From Octopus vulgaris (taxonomy: Eukaryota): a DNA stretch of 64,000 nt. Numbering within the stretch: the stretch's first letter is position 1; each line of letters starts with the position of its first letter. The stretch covers positions 110,546,001-110,610,000 of the forward strand of contig OX597819.1 of the NCBI GenBank assembly GCA_951406725.2, written 5' to 3'. This document shows positions 1 to 11,922 of this stretch, one piece after another. The position numbers and the translations under genes were made by a program. The notes below the pieces were generated by a model. That model saw nothing but the letters and a program-made list of their open reading frames with translations, ran no database searches and had not been told where the DNA came from.

Positions 1-375
1 ATGACAGGCATTGCTCTCCCAGTCGGTCTCTTGCACATCACAGGCATTTAATGAGGACTTGACACAGTCCTTAAATCGCAGCCTTGATTTCTGCAGAGGT
101 CTCTTTTCACTTACAAGTTCTCCATATAGCATCTGTTTAGAGATTCTGCTATCCTTCTTTCTAATAAGTTGTCCAGTCTCACGTAACCAGTGCTTGTGCA
201 CCATCGCCTCAATACGCAAGATATCAGCTGTTCTCAGGACCTGTATCTGGAGCTTTTAAGGTCAAGCCAGCATTCAGAATGTGTCTTAGACATCTCTGAT
301 GAGAGTGCTCAATTACCTTTACATTACGTTTGTAAAGGGTCCATGTCTCACATGAGTAAAGAAGTGTTGTCAGTA
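1..375 (-). pseudogene. RTE-clade (BovB-like) LINE ORF C-terminal remnant, cut by the window edge
   Basis: Minus strand reads VLTTLLYSCETWTLYKRNVKVIEHSHQRCLRHIL, then a frameshift, then IEAMVHKHWLRETGQLIRKKDSRISKQMLYGEL...RLRFKDCVK, matching the RTE post-RT motifs LLYGCETW, RCLRxIL, LYGEL and RFKD. Confidence 0.85.
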
Positions 376-415
376 CATACATACATACATATGTGTGTAT
401 GTGAAGCAGGGGTAA

Positions 416-458
<43 letters not shown>

Positions 459-1667
459 TGGGGGCGACGGTCGAACAAAATTAAAGAGGTCGCTTGTGTG
501 CATGTATGTCTGTATAAATGTTTATATGTATGCGTGTGCATTTTGAGAGAATGTCGTGAGTGTAGTAAACTCGATGTTTATGAAACGAGGAAGTTGGGTG
601 CGATTATCCAAGTGTATTTATATGTGTATGTGAATGTACGTGTAAGGGTGTGAGTGGGTACTTGCCAGTGTGCCTATATGTAAACGTGTAAATGCATGTG
701 CGTATGAGTGTGGCAATGGAGATAGTGTATGCACGTGTGGGTGGGTGTAGATGTCTGCGGATGTTTATACTGGTTTACGTTTGTGAATGTGTTTAGACAT
801 ACGTGTATATGTATGTATGTAGGTGTGTGCGTGCGTATGTGTGTATGTATGCTTTTGTGTCCATGTATGTATGCATGTATGTATGTGTGCGTGTATGTTT
901 GCGAGTGAATTTCTCTGTGTGTACATGTTTGTATGCGTGCTCCTGCATGCGTGTGCATGCGTAGGTGTATATGAGTGTGTATATGTGATTATCTATTCAT
1001 AATTCAAGCACGTGTGTGTATTTTGTTGCTTCAAGACATAGCCCCGCCTACCACCAGACATGATCAAATTCATATAAAAAATGTGATGCAACAACGGCAA
1101 CAAAATAGGAAAAGTGCAACAAGAAGAGAAGCATGAACTTTTCATGAATAACAACAACAACAACAACAGCAACAGCATAAGCGACAACAACAATAACGAA
1201 AACACCAACAGCTGAACATAGCAAAAACAAGCATGGAATAAAATAATAACAACGAAGGTAATCATGAAAAAGTACGAAAACAATAACAAAAAACAATAAA
1301 AAACCCTAATAGGTCTTACAGATGAACAATAAATAAAATAAATAAATAAAATGAAAGCCGTAAAGATTTCAATAGACATTAAGAAACATATAAATAATGG
1401 ATTGTTGAAAGTAACGAAACGAAAAGAATAAACCCAGACAAAAGGTAGAAAACGGAACGAAACTAAATTACATGTTTTATGTTTTATTTATTTTATGAGC
1501 ACACGTGACTAGTTTGGAACAGTGAAAGTAAGAAAGTTGAGATGGTGTTGGTGTTGGTGGTGGTGGTGCTGGGTAGAGGTTGTAGTTGATAGAAAAGGTG
1601 ATGGTGAGAGTGAAATACATGGTGGTGGTGATGGCGGTGTTATTTGAGACGGTCGTGTAAATCTTTT

Positions 1668-1942
1668 ACCTTTTACTTGCTTCGGTCATTGGACTGCGAC
1701 CATGCAGGGGCACCGCTGAACAAATCGACATTTTAAAAAAAGACTGGGCCTTATTCTATCGGTTTCTTTTACCGAACACTACTAGACTCCAGGAGCGTAA
1801 ACAAACCAATACTGATTGTTAAGCGATGGTCTCACACACACATACACACACACACTTACACACATACACACGCGCGCGCACACACACACGCGCGCACACA
1901 CACACGCGCGCACACACACACGCGCGCACACACACACGCGCG

Positions 1943-1982
<40 letters not shown>

Positions 1983-2137
1983 AACACCCTCAGACACGCA
2001 CTGATATGTAGCGGGCTTCCGTACAGTTTCCGTCTGCTAAATTTATTCGCAACATATTGGTGGATTCGGAACTATAGCAGAATACACTTGAGCAAGGTGC
2101 AATACAAGGTGCAATGCGGTGGGAATGAACCCGAAAC
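1668..2137 (-). mobile_element. tRNA-derived SINE family B, degraded copy with internal (CA/CG)n
   Basis: Shares the blocks gtcattggactgcgaccatgc, ttattctatcggt and cagtttccgtct with the copies at 17060, 34893 and 61032. Confidence 0.75.
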
Positions 2138-2185
2138 GAGCTACTTCACTATTGCTATGCTTGTCGTTGATGTATAATTTAGATC

Positions 2186-2835
2186 AGATATTACAACTAG
2201 TACCTCACCAAGTATATATACATACACATTATAAACAGTATTTAAATTTATGGCTGTTACAAGTGCGTATAACAATTATAACCTGGCAAGCTTTCGCACA
2301 AATTAGTAAATATCTTGTTTACCGATTTCTATGTGTGAAGGAATACTTTTTGAATTAGATTAGAATGTTCGGAGTATATGTTACTGAGTAGACCAAATCA
2401 AGTAAAAACACCGGTGTCTGGCGATTCATCGACGTTCTGATGGAAGCTCTATACTTTGAACACAACTGTCACTTTGAAAAGTTTTCTCTATGACAAAATA
2501 TTACAGCTAGTACTGCCTCATGTATACGTACACATGAATACATGTTACATATAATGATATTTTAATATATGTCTTCTATTTTCAAGTACATTTGCTGGCT
2601 TAATTGTAGCCTGGCTAGCTTTCATATTAATCAGTAACTCTTTTGCTTACTGGTTCTTATATCGGAACCAGAGGCTTTCGGCTAAACTCATCATGGCCCT
2701 GTTATTTGTCACTGAAGTGACCAGATAAAATCGAAACGCCGTGTCTGGTGATCCTCCAGAAATCTGAGCGAAGCTCTGTATTTTAACTCACAGTTCTCTT
2801 TGGGAAGTTTCTCTGAACCAAAATATAATAGCTAG
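2186..2835 (+). mobile_element. Two diverged tandem ~310-325 bp units, each with a type I hammerhead-like motif (Penelope pLTR or retrozyme-like)
   Basis: Both units contain cctggc(a/t)agctttc, gtgtctgg(c/t)gat, gaagctct and aaaatat...agctagt; hammerhead-like cores at 2379-2424 and 2706-2751. Confidence 0.7.
2706..2751 (+). ncRNA. Type I hammerhead ribozyme-like motif (A9U variant)
   Basis: ttgtca-CTGAAGT-ga(ccagataaaa)tc-GAAAC-gccgt-GTC-tggtga: stem I pairs with G-U wobbles, stem II is GA/TC, and the triplet is GUC. Confidence 0.6.
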
Positions 2836-2869
2836 TGTACACACACACAATTTACACACACAGGCACAT

Positions 2870-2937
<68 letters not shown>

Positions 2938-3009
2938 ACGCACAAACCCCTCCCCACACAAACACACAGGATTACATTATATAGTGCGTATATTCTTGTC
3001 ACTGTTGTT

Positions 3010-4055
3010 ATTTGGATCCAGGTCTGTCGGCTTCGAGAAAGCCCATGATCAAATGAGTCCCAGTCAAGGTCATATGATTTCAGGACTTTATTGAAATGCA
3101 TCGCCCAATATGTCCATCCATTTTTCAAGACGGTACATGTAATTTGAGGATGATTTGGCCGTTAATTTTAGCAGATCGAATAATTACGTACAGACTTCTC
3201 GTTGATGTTGGCATTAGAGTTATAATGGCGTTGTTGTTGTCACTGTCGTTGTGGCGTTAATTTTACTGTTGCAAATCTTGATAATGATGATGATGATGGT
3301 AGTGGTAGTGGTGGTACAGCGTAGTTGCTTTTGTCTAAATCAGCTCTAAATCAGTTCTGAGCAACTCCGATCCAGAATACTTATGATCAGAACATTGTAC
3401 TCGCGATCACGTGAACGCACCTTCTTCTTAGGCATAGCGTATCTAAGGATATATTTCCTCATGTGACTTTCTGTAAAGAAGCTATGATATTATATCCAGA
3501 AGTTTTGCTTGCTATTTTTTACGTCATCTCATGGTACTAATGTTGTTGGTGGTGCTATGGATGTTTAACCCAAGGTTAACCTTGGTCAAGCGTATTTGAG
3601 ACGAAGGACATTCCAACTATGACTATTGCACTTTTTAGGCAGTTTCTAAGACTGCATTGTATAATATTACTTCTGTTCTTATTTTAAGAGACTAGGGTGT
3701 GATCTCAGGAAGATTTCGTGGCTACTTCTAGCAAGATGAGCAACCATATTGAGGTTCTCTCGTTGATCGGAACTGATAATGGTGTTGTTGTTGTTGGTGG
3801 TGGTGGTGATGTAGTGCTGTTGGTTATATATTAGTTTTGTTTGTGATTGTGTTATTGTAGATGTCATAGTTTAGCCCTAGGTTTGCCATGATCGAGCAGA
3901 TCATGATCAAATACATTCAGACACGTCTGTTTTAGAAGTAACGTAAGACTACATTACCACTGTAGTGTTCTATTTTTAAGACGATAGAGTGAGGCTAATG
4001 GATATTTGGCTGCTATTTCTATAAACACGAACAACCATAGAAGGTCACTCATCTG
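3010..4055 (+). repeat. Cluster of four degraded copies of a ~200-bp interspersed repeat (family C)
   Basis: Recurring blocks ccaggt...gagcaga..tatgatcaaa..cattcca, ttttaagac.gtagggtgtgat and tttggctgctatttcta at about 3010, 3335, 3565 and 3870; further pieces near 5150, 7380, 19855, 27400 and 50310. Confidence 0.65.
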
Positions 4056-4120
4056 ATGATTGCAAACAACTCACGCGCGCTTTCCTTGTACACTCACTCA
4101 CACACACACACACACACATA

Positions 4121-4718
4121 CATTATCGCTCACATTCACTCGCACACACAAACCATTTACTCATAGACACACACACATACATACACACACACACTATCGC
4201 TCACAATCACTCGCACACACAAACCATTTTCTCATAGACACACATACACAAACACACACGCATACATACACATACACTATCGCTCACAATCATTCGCACA
4301 CACAAACCATTTACTCATAAACACACATACACAAACACACACACATACATGCACACACACTATCGCTCACAATCACTCGCACACACAAACCATTTACTTA
4401 TAGACATACATACGCAAATACACACACATACACACACGCACACACACACGCACACACACACACTATCGCTCAGAATCATTCGCACGCACAAGCCATTTTC
4501 TCATAGACACACATACGCAAACACACACACACACACACATACATACACTATCGCTCACAATCACTCACACACACAAACCATTTACTCATAGACACACATA
4601 CACAAACACACACACGCATACATACACACACACACTCGCACACACTATCGCTCACAATCACTCGCACACACAAACCATTTTCTCATAGACACACATACGC
4701 AAACACACACACGCACAC
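4121..4718 (+). repeat. Minisatellite: 7 copies of a ~50-bp core separated by variable CA-rich tracts
   Basis: Core tatcgctcacaatcactcgcacacacaaaccattt(a/t)ctcatagac at 4124, 4195, 4278, 4361, 4464, 4549 and 4646. Confidence 0.9.
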
Positions 4719-5564
4719 AATCCAGGTAGTAATGGCGGCAGCGGCGGCGGTGGTGGTGGTAGGGGAATTGTCGTTGCCATCGTCGTTGTCGTTATGAGCG
4801 TCAAAGTAATTGTAGAAGTATAAACGGCACAATGCCACACGCCACCGCGCGTCACCACACACCTCCACGTTTCACAATTCAGCACCACGTGAGCCACGTG
4901 GTACATTCAGATAGATCATGTGTATTGCCAGTGTGAACGTATATAATTTTCTTCAGTAGAATAGTAAAACGAGGAAGGGGAGGAGCGCAGTGAACGCCGG
5001 TAAAATAATGTAATAGAAAGCGAGGGTGGTAGGGTGAGGGAGAGAAGAACAGGGAGGAGGAAAAGTGAGGGGTTTAAAAGAGGGAGAATGAAGGGAGGAG
5101 GAGAAGGAGGGGAAGGGTAGAAGGAGAGCAGTTATAAAGTGTTGTTTTTGCTGTTTAACCCCATGTCAGTACTGGTCGAACAAGAATAAAAATCCAAGAC
5201 ATTCCAGCCGTAACTATCCCGACTTTTCGCACTTTTTCCTAAGCGTAGAGAACTCAGAACCGCGTTAATAATGAATCCAGTCTATCTTTTTCTGTGACTG
5301 TTGGGTGTCATTTAAAAAAGATTTGGTTTTGATGTTTAGCATTTTAGGAGAAACACCCACTTTGGCTTGGCTGGTTGTATTGATGGTGGTGGTCTTAAAA
5401 CTGTTAGAGAGACCTATAACCGAAGGCGTTCCAGCCATATTTAACTGCAGATCTGTTATAGCAAACGCCTGATCCACAGTGTTCCAGCCGTAACCATCTC
5501 GTGCTTTTGACGTTTCAGTCTCTGCTATGCATTACTCCACCTTCAGTAGAGTAGGTTCCAATAA

Positions 5565-5960
5565 CTTTCCTACTCTAGACACAAGGCTAAAAATTTTTGG
5601 GGAGGGTGCCATTCGATTAGATCGGCCCAGTACGCTACTGGTACTTAATTTATCGTTCCCGAAAGGATGAAAGGCAAAGTCGACCTCGGTGGAATTTAAA
5701 CTCAGAACGTAAAGACAGACGAAATACCTATTTTTTTACTACCCACAAGGGGCTAAACACAGAGAGGACAAACGAGGACAGAAAAAGGGATTAAGTCGAT
5801 TTTATCGACTCCAGTGCGTAACTGGTACTTATTTAATCGACCCCGAAAGGATGAAAGACAAAGTCGACCTCGGCGGAATTTGAACTTAGAACGTAACGGC
5901 AGACGAAATACGGCTACGCATTTCGCCCGGTGTGCTAACGTTTCTGCCAGCTCGCCGTCT
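5565..5960 (-). mobile_element. tRNA-derived SINE family A with internal duplication and 12-bp TSD
   Basis: Head ggcgagctggcagaaacgttagc, B-box g(a/t)gttcaaattcc, core gcctttcatcctttcggggtcga; flanked by ggttccaataac at 5553-5564 and 5966-5977. Confidence 0.9.
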
Positions 5961-5994
5961 TAGACGGTTCCAATAACGCATCTGTTTTAATGCA

Positions 5995-6205
5995 GCAAGC
6001 TGGTAGAATCGTTAGCACGCCAAGCAAAATGCTTAGCAGCATTTCTTCCGGCCCTGTACGTTCTGAATTCAAATCCAACCGAAGTCGACTTTACCTTTCG
6101 TCTTTTCAGGGTCGATAAAATAAGTACCAATTAAGCAATGGGGTCGATGTAATTGATTTATCTCCTCCACAAAAATTGCTGGCCTTGTGCCAAAGTCTGA
6201 AACCT
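5995..6205 (+). mobile_element. SINE family A copy, head-to-head with the previous copy
   Basis: gctggtagaatcgttagcacgcc...gtcgactttacctttcgtcttttcagggtcgataaaataagtacc. Confidence 0.8.
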
Positions 6206-6330
6206 TTAAGAAAAACTTCTGAGATAACACCTCCCTTCATTTTTTAAGACAGGCTAAGCTAGAAATTAACATGAAAGGGTCAAGTATATGGTTCCCTACA
6301 ACCTTCTTAGTGGGACAAGACGATTTAGAG

Positions 6331-6553
6331 CAGTAGTCCTTAGCCGGATCCATATGGCACTTGGGGTCCATATAAAATTTAACTGTTAAAATTTACCCAG
6401 AATATGAATTTTTTTTTGTACAGTTACTAGTTATAATTAATTATAAAAATGTAATACGTTCTTTAAACATTGAATGGTTAGGAGGCTCCATCCGAGTAAA
6501 ATAGGAATCAAAAGGATCTATAGGTAAAAAAACAAAATGTCTGAGAAACACTG
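6331..6553. mobile_element. hAT (Charlie-like) MITE
   Basis: Ends CAGTAGTCCTTA and TGAGAAACACTG with imperfect 8-bp flanks atttagag/gtttagat; a related copy lies in opposite orientation at 23856-24099. Confidence 0.65.
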
Positions 6554-6852
6554 GTTTAGATTAAGAGCGACTCTAGTCGCTCTTACTTAATATGAAGTCT
6601 GTTAGGACGAAAGGCGAAGCTAACATTTACAGAATTGAAATACAGAGCGCAGAAAGACAGTATAATCACTACAAGGGATTCTGTCCGACTGAACCAAATT
6701 TCCGCCATGTTTTGGACACACACATACACACACACACACATACACACACACACACACACACACATACACACACACAGAGAGAAATAAATATAGGGATAAT
6801 CAAGTTAGACAATATATTAAGTTTTACTATATTAATACATGAAGTACAAGAC

Positions 6853-7246
6853 AGTATGGTAAGAAGCTTGCTTCCCAACCACATGGTTCCGGGTTCAGCT
6901 GCACTGCGTGGCACTTTGCGCAAGTGTCTTTTACTATAGCTTCGAGCCGACTAAGGCCTTGTGAGCTGACTTGGTAGATGGAAACTGAAAGAAGCCCGTT
7001 ATATATATGTATATATATGTATGTGTGTGCGTGTGTGTATACATTTGTGTGACTGTGTTTGCCCCCACCAACATCACTTGACAACCGATGGTGGTGTGTT
7101 TACGTACCCGTAACTTAGCGGTTCGGTAAAAGTGACCGATAGAATAAGTACTAGACTTACAAAGAATAAGTCCTCGGGTCGATTAACTCGACTAAAGGCG
7201 GTGCTCCAGCGTGGCCACAGTCAAATGACTAAAACAAGTAAAAGAG
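6853..7246 (+). mobile_element. SINE family B
   Basis: tRNA-like head tggtaagaagcttgcttcccaaccacatggttccgggttcag, internal TA/TG microsatellite, tail gcggtgctccagc..ggccacagtcaaatgact. Confidence 0.9.
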
Positions 7247-7258
7247 ATACATACATAC

Positions 7259-7302
<44 letters not shown>

Positions 7303-7550
7303 ATACATGCATGTATACACACACACACTCACATAAATATATATGTATAATACAAAAGTATCAAAGGTGTCCTTCACCTTTTAAAGACAGTATGCTAAGG
7401 TTTGAGAAAATTTGGTCGCTACATTTAGCAGGCCGGAAAGCCGTGTAGAGGCTTCTTCGTCGGCAGGGATTATACGGACGGAGCGTTGATAATGACTGAA
7501 GTTACATAAAGAGAAAAGAGAACAGTAAGAGTGACGTACATTTGCGAGTT

Positions 7551-7586
<36 letters not shown>

Positions 7587-8366
7587 CATGTGCGTTTATG
7601 AATATGTGCGTGTATGAGTTTATACGGACGTATATGTATGCGTGCACATGCATGCATATAAGCGTGTATGTGTTTATGTGCACGCTTGTAAGTGTTGGCG
7701 GGAAATTCGAGGTGGGTGCCTTAAAGAATACACGGAAGAGGTGGCAGCTCTGCTGGAGTGACGGCGACGGTGGTGGTGATTGTGTGTGTGTCTGTGGGGT
7801 GGGGTTGTGTCGGGTGTGTCGGCTGGTTGTTCCGGGTTCGAACAATAAACGATGCAGGTGCTTCTTCAGCCCAGCCAGCCAGCCAGCAACAAAATACACC
7901 TCCCCCACTTTTTGTCTTCCGTCGATTAAAGAGAATAAAATAGGAGCCCCCCCCACACACACGCCCACACAAACGTCTTCATATTCCTTTTCGGCACCCT
8001 CCGGCCGCCACCACCCAAATGCACCCCCTACCGCACACACTCACGCGCACATATATTTATATATATATATATATATATATACACACGCGCACATATACAC
8101 ATAACATACAAACAATATATACCAACTCACAATTCTATGTATTCCATGACGAGTTCATTATAATACCTCCACGACAACGGCCACTACCACCACCACCACA
8201 ACCACCACCACCACCACCTCCAAAAGCAACAACAACGACACTACCAATACCACCGTCATGGACAGCATCCACTCCAACGCCTCCGCCATTTTCTATCCTC
8301 TACTCCTACCACCAAACACCCAACGCCACTAACACAACCATCATCATCATCATCATCATCATCAGC

Positions 8367-8406
<40 letters not shown>

Positions 8407-8471
8407 GCATAGCCTCCAAAACACCTACCACCACTACCACCACCACCACCACCACCGCCGCAACCGCCACC

Positions 8472-8502
<31 letters not shown>

Positions 8503-9003
8503 TACCCGCTAACACATCCACCACCAAATTCAACGCACCTTACATGACCACACCACCACTACCACACTATCACTACCATCGCAGCTTCCACCTCCGACAA
8601 CGACCTATCGAACATCCACCCCAACGTCACATTCATCTCACTCAACGCCATCCCCACCCCACCTAACCTCGCCACCTTCGCTATCGCCAACTCCACCCTT
8701 ATATCTCCATATATGTATACATATGTTTATTTGTACGTGTGTATAAATATACACGTGTCGGGGTGGCTATGTGTATATTTGAATCGCTTCTGTAATTTGA
8801 TGTGAATGTAATTTAAATTTGCTCGTGCCAGCGTGACTTTGTATGTATGTGTGACCATGTACGACCATTCATGTGTGTGTGTATATGTATACACACATCT
8901 ATATACGCAACCATGCTGTTTTGACGTTACTCTGAATATGTTCTAAATGAGTGCGCACACACACACAGACGCATACACATACACATACATACTCTATGAA
9001 TAT

Positions 9004-9050
<47 letters not shown>

Positions 9051-9109
9051 CGTATGTGTGTATATATATATTTATATATATATATGTATATATGTATATA
9101 TGTATGTGC

Positions 9110-9141
<32 letters not shown>

Positions 9142-9312
9142 GTATATACGTATGTGTGTATATATATGTATATACAAATGTATATATGCATATATGTATG
9201 TGTGTATATATATATATATGTATATACGTATGTGTATATATATATATGCATATAAATATGTATATACGTATGTGTGTGTATATATATGCATATAAATATG
9301 TATATATGTATG

Positions 9313-9371
<59 letters not shown>

Positions 9372-9380
9372 ACACGTATG

Positions 9381-10385
9381 TACGAGGTAGTATCAAGAAG
9401 TTCGAAACCAGTTATGTTTGATAAAAATAACTTATTTACCTAAGTTTTAACATCATCTGCTTCGAAATAGTCACCGGTCTCAGCATCTTTGCCACCCGTC
9501 CCAGCGTCCCTTCCACCGGTCCCAGCGTCCCTTCCACCGGTCCCAGCGTCCCTGCCACCGGTCCCAGCGACCCTGCCACCGGTCCCAGCGTCCCTGCCAC
9601 CGGTCCCAGCGTCCCTGCCACTTTTGGAATCCGTCCTGGAAGTCGTTTTCCTTAAGCGAGTCGAGGAGCTCCTTACGGTGCGCTATGAATTTCGACAACG
9701 CTGTTAAAACAGCTACCTTTGAGCTGCATTTTCATCTTGGGGAAGAGATGGAAATTTGCAGGTGCTAAACTTGGCGAATAGGGCAGGTGCAGAAACGATA
9801 CCATGTTTGGGTGAGAAACTGAAGAATGAGGAGAGCTCGAGGACAGGGTGCTTTGCCGTTGTGAAGAATCCAACTCTTCAAGTGCCGTAGATCCGGGCAC
9901 TTTTACCAAATGTCCTCTCTTAACGCTTCAAAACATCGCAGTAGAACTTTCGATTGACGGTCTAGCCATGGCGTGGAGAATTCTAGATGCACAACAGCAC
10001 ATTTCCGGAGGTGATGATTCCAGGGCTCTTCATCCACCTTTGAAGCACTCTTGCCACTTGGAACATGACGTATGACCTATTGCCTTGTCGCTTTAGCTTG
10101 CCGAAGCATGCTCAATGTCTTTGTAGCAGACATCCGAAGTTTAACGCAAAATTTCACATTGGCTCTTTGTTCCAACTTCCTGTCCATGACAAAATCGCAG
10201 ACTACAGCATACACGTGAGCACAAAAACACAAATTTCACAACTCGCGAAGTAATGTCACAGCGATGTCACTCGGCACACTGCCTCATGAATCTCACTGCT
10301 AGTTCACACTGGGCACGCAACCGCGTGCTGTCATCGGTTGGATCACTACAGAACTAGTCCGGGAACTTTTTGATATCAGCTCGTA
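9381..10385 (-). mobile_element. Internally deleted mariner transposon with TIRs and TA duplication
   Basis: Ends TAcgaggtagtatcaagaagtt and aactttttgatatcagctcgTA; minus strand encodes LPYSPSLAPANFHLFPKMKMQLKG (YSPDLAP motif) and FQKWQGRWDR. Confidence 0.9.
9490..9621. repeat. 21-bp tandem repeat, about 6.3 copies, inside the transposase remnant
   Basis: Unit t(g/t)ccaccggtcccagcgtccc. Confidence 0.95.
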
Positions 10386-10432
10386 TGTTTGTATCTTCCA
10401 CTTGTGTGTGTGTGTGTGTAAATATAAATATA

Positions 10433-10585
<153 letters not shown>

Positions 10586-11099
10586 CGACACAACGGACCA
10601 AACTATATATGGTCGAACTGCTAGAAATAACACCAAAGTTTCAAATCCAAATAGATTTTGCTCTACGCAAGGAGGCGACGTTAGGTTCGAACCTAGAGCA
10701 GTGTGGTTACCAACAAACATACATACATACATGCTTTCATGACAATATATTTTAGCACGTTTGGTGCCATAGCAAAATCTTCAGGCAATGACTACATGAC
10801 ATATCAAGATAAAAATAGGTTGATAGTATCCATCGTCCTATTTTTAGCTTATGCCATGTGGGCACTGCCTGAAGACTTCGTAAAGGCACCAAACGTGTAT
10901 GGAACTAATAGTAGCACACACAGGTGTGTGTGTGTGTGTGTGTGTGTGTTGTGTACCCTAGGGAATATTATTGAGTTAACAAATTAAGAAATTATGCAAC
11001 TACAAATCTAGTGCCCCATGATATTTTGTTTATCAAGTGAGGCGCTGTATTGTCTCCATCGAGGTTTGTAATGCACCAAAATTGCATGAGTGTAAAACA

Positions 11100-11640
11100 C
11101 AAATACGCAAGTAAGAGCAATGTAACTGAGGTATCAAGCTGTAAGAGAAAAGTATTAACATTAAAATTCCACGATTCATATTAAACTTGTTTAACGAAAA
11201 TTTTATTAACGGAACACAAGCAACAGAAGAAATTCCAAATTTTAGTGAAACGACAAATAACCTAAAAAATGAAAACCGAGTTAAATTGTATATGTCGCCA
11301 TGAAAACAAATTTTACCTCAATAAACCTATCAGAGAACAAATCAAATAAAGTTGAAAGATGCCTCATCAAAAATTAAAAAGAAACTGGTAATCGGATCGA
11401 AATCAACCGGAAGTTAATGACTCATCGTCTGATTATGCAATTTTACTAGAGTTCTCATTGCATGTTACCCTCCACCTGGAGATTGTCGCTGGGCATGAAA
11501 CATTGGTATTTTGTAATTGATTGAACTAAGTAGACACAATCAATTTACTTATAGATATCGATTTCTAATTACTTTGTCTGTAAAGTTAGATGGCACAGAC
11601 AATTACAAATATACCCTCATGAATATAAGTATGATCACAT
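11100..11640 (+). pseudogene. Penelope-like element 3' remnant: GIY-YIG C-terminus followed by degenerate hammerhead motifs
   Basis: 11272-11349 reads KTELNCICRHENKFYLNKPIREQIK*, resembling the PLE endonuclease end LNxRxELxxxCRHxNKF; hammerhead-like cores at 11429-11468 and 11476-11508. Confidence 0.65.
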
Positions 11641-11682
11641 GCATAATGCATGTACGTACGTACGTATGTATGTTATGTTATG

Positions 11683-11716
<34 letters not shown>

Positions 11717-11744
11717 TGTATGTATGTATGTATGTATGTATGTA

Positions 11745-11922
11745 GTCAATCTAAACATGAACAAGCAAGAAAAGACAACAATGCGAGGATGTGGAATAAA
11801 TACAGTGTTATTGGACGCTCAGGAAAGCAAGAACAGAAAGTGGATTTCACGTTTCGAGCGGAGCTCTTCATCAGAAATATAGAAAAAGTCCAAAGAAGGG
11901 AAGACGGAGAAAGAAAATCGCC
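11745..11922 (-). mobile_element. ~180-bp hammerhead-containing element inserted in (TATG)n
   Basis: Unique sequence flanked on both sides by (TATG)n; related to 14740-14925 through the hammerhead and ttcctgagcg..ca..taa.ac...attccac. Confidence 0.7.
11844..11878 (-). ncRNA. Minimal type I hammerhead ribozyme motif with intact core and GUG triplet
   Basis: Minus strand ATTT-CTGATGA-A-GAGC(TCC)GCTC-GAAAC-GTG-AAAT: 4-bp stem I, 4-bp stem II, palindromic ACGT at stem III. Confidence 0.75.

Noticed and set aside
4121-4718. CRISPR-like repeat-spacer appearance
   Set aside because: The spacers are CA microsatellite rather than unique sequence, there are no cas genes, and the context is eukaryotic.
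7381-8666. Overlapping 182-219 aa ORFs
   Set aside because: They are built largely from TA, CA, ACC and AAC repeats and show no recognisable domain.
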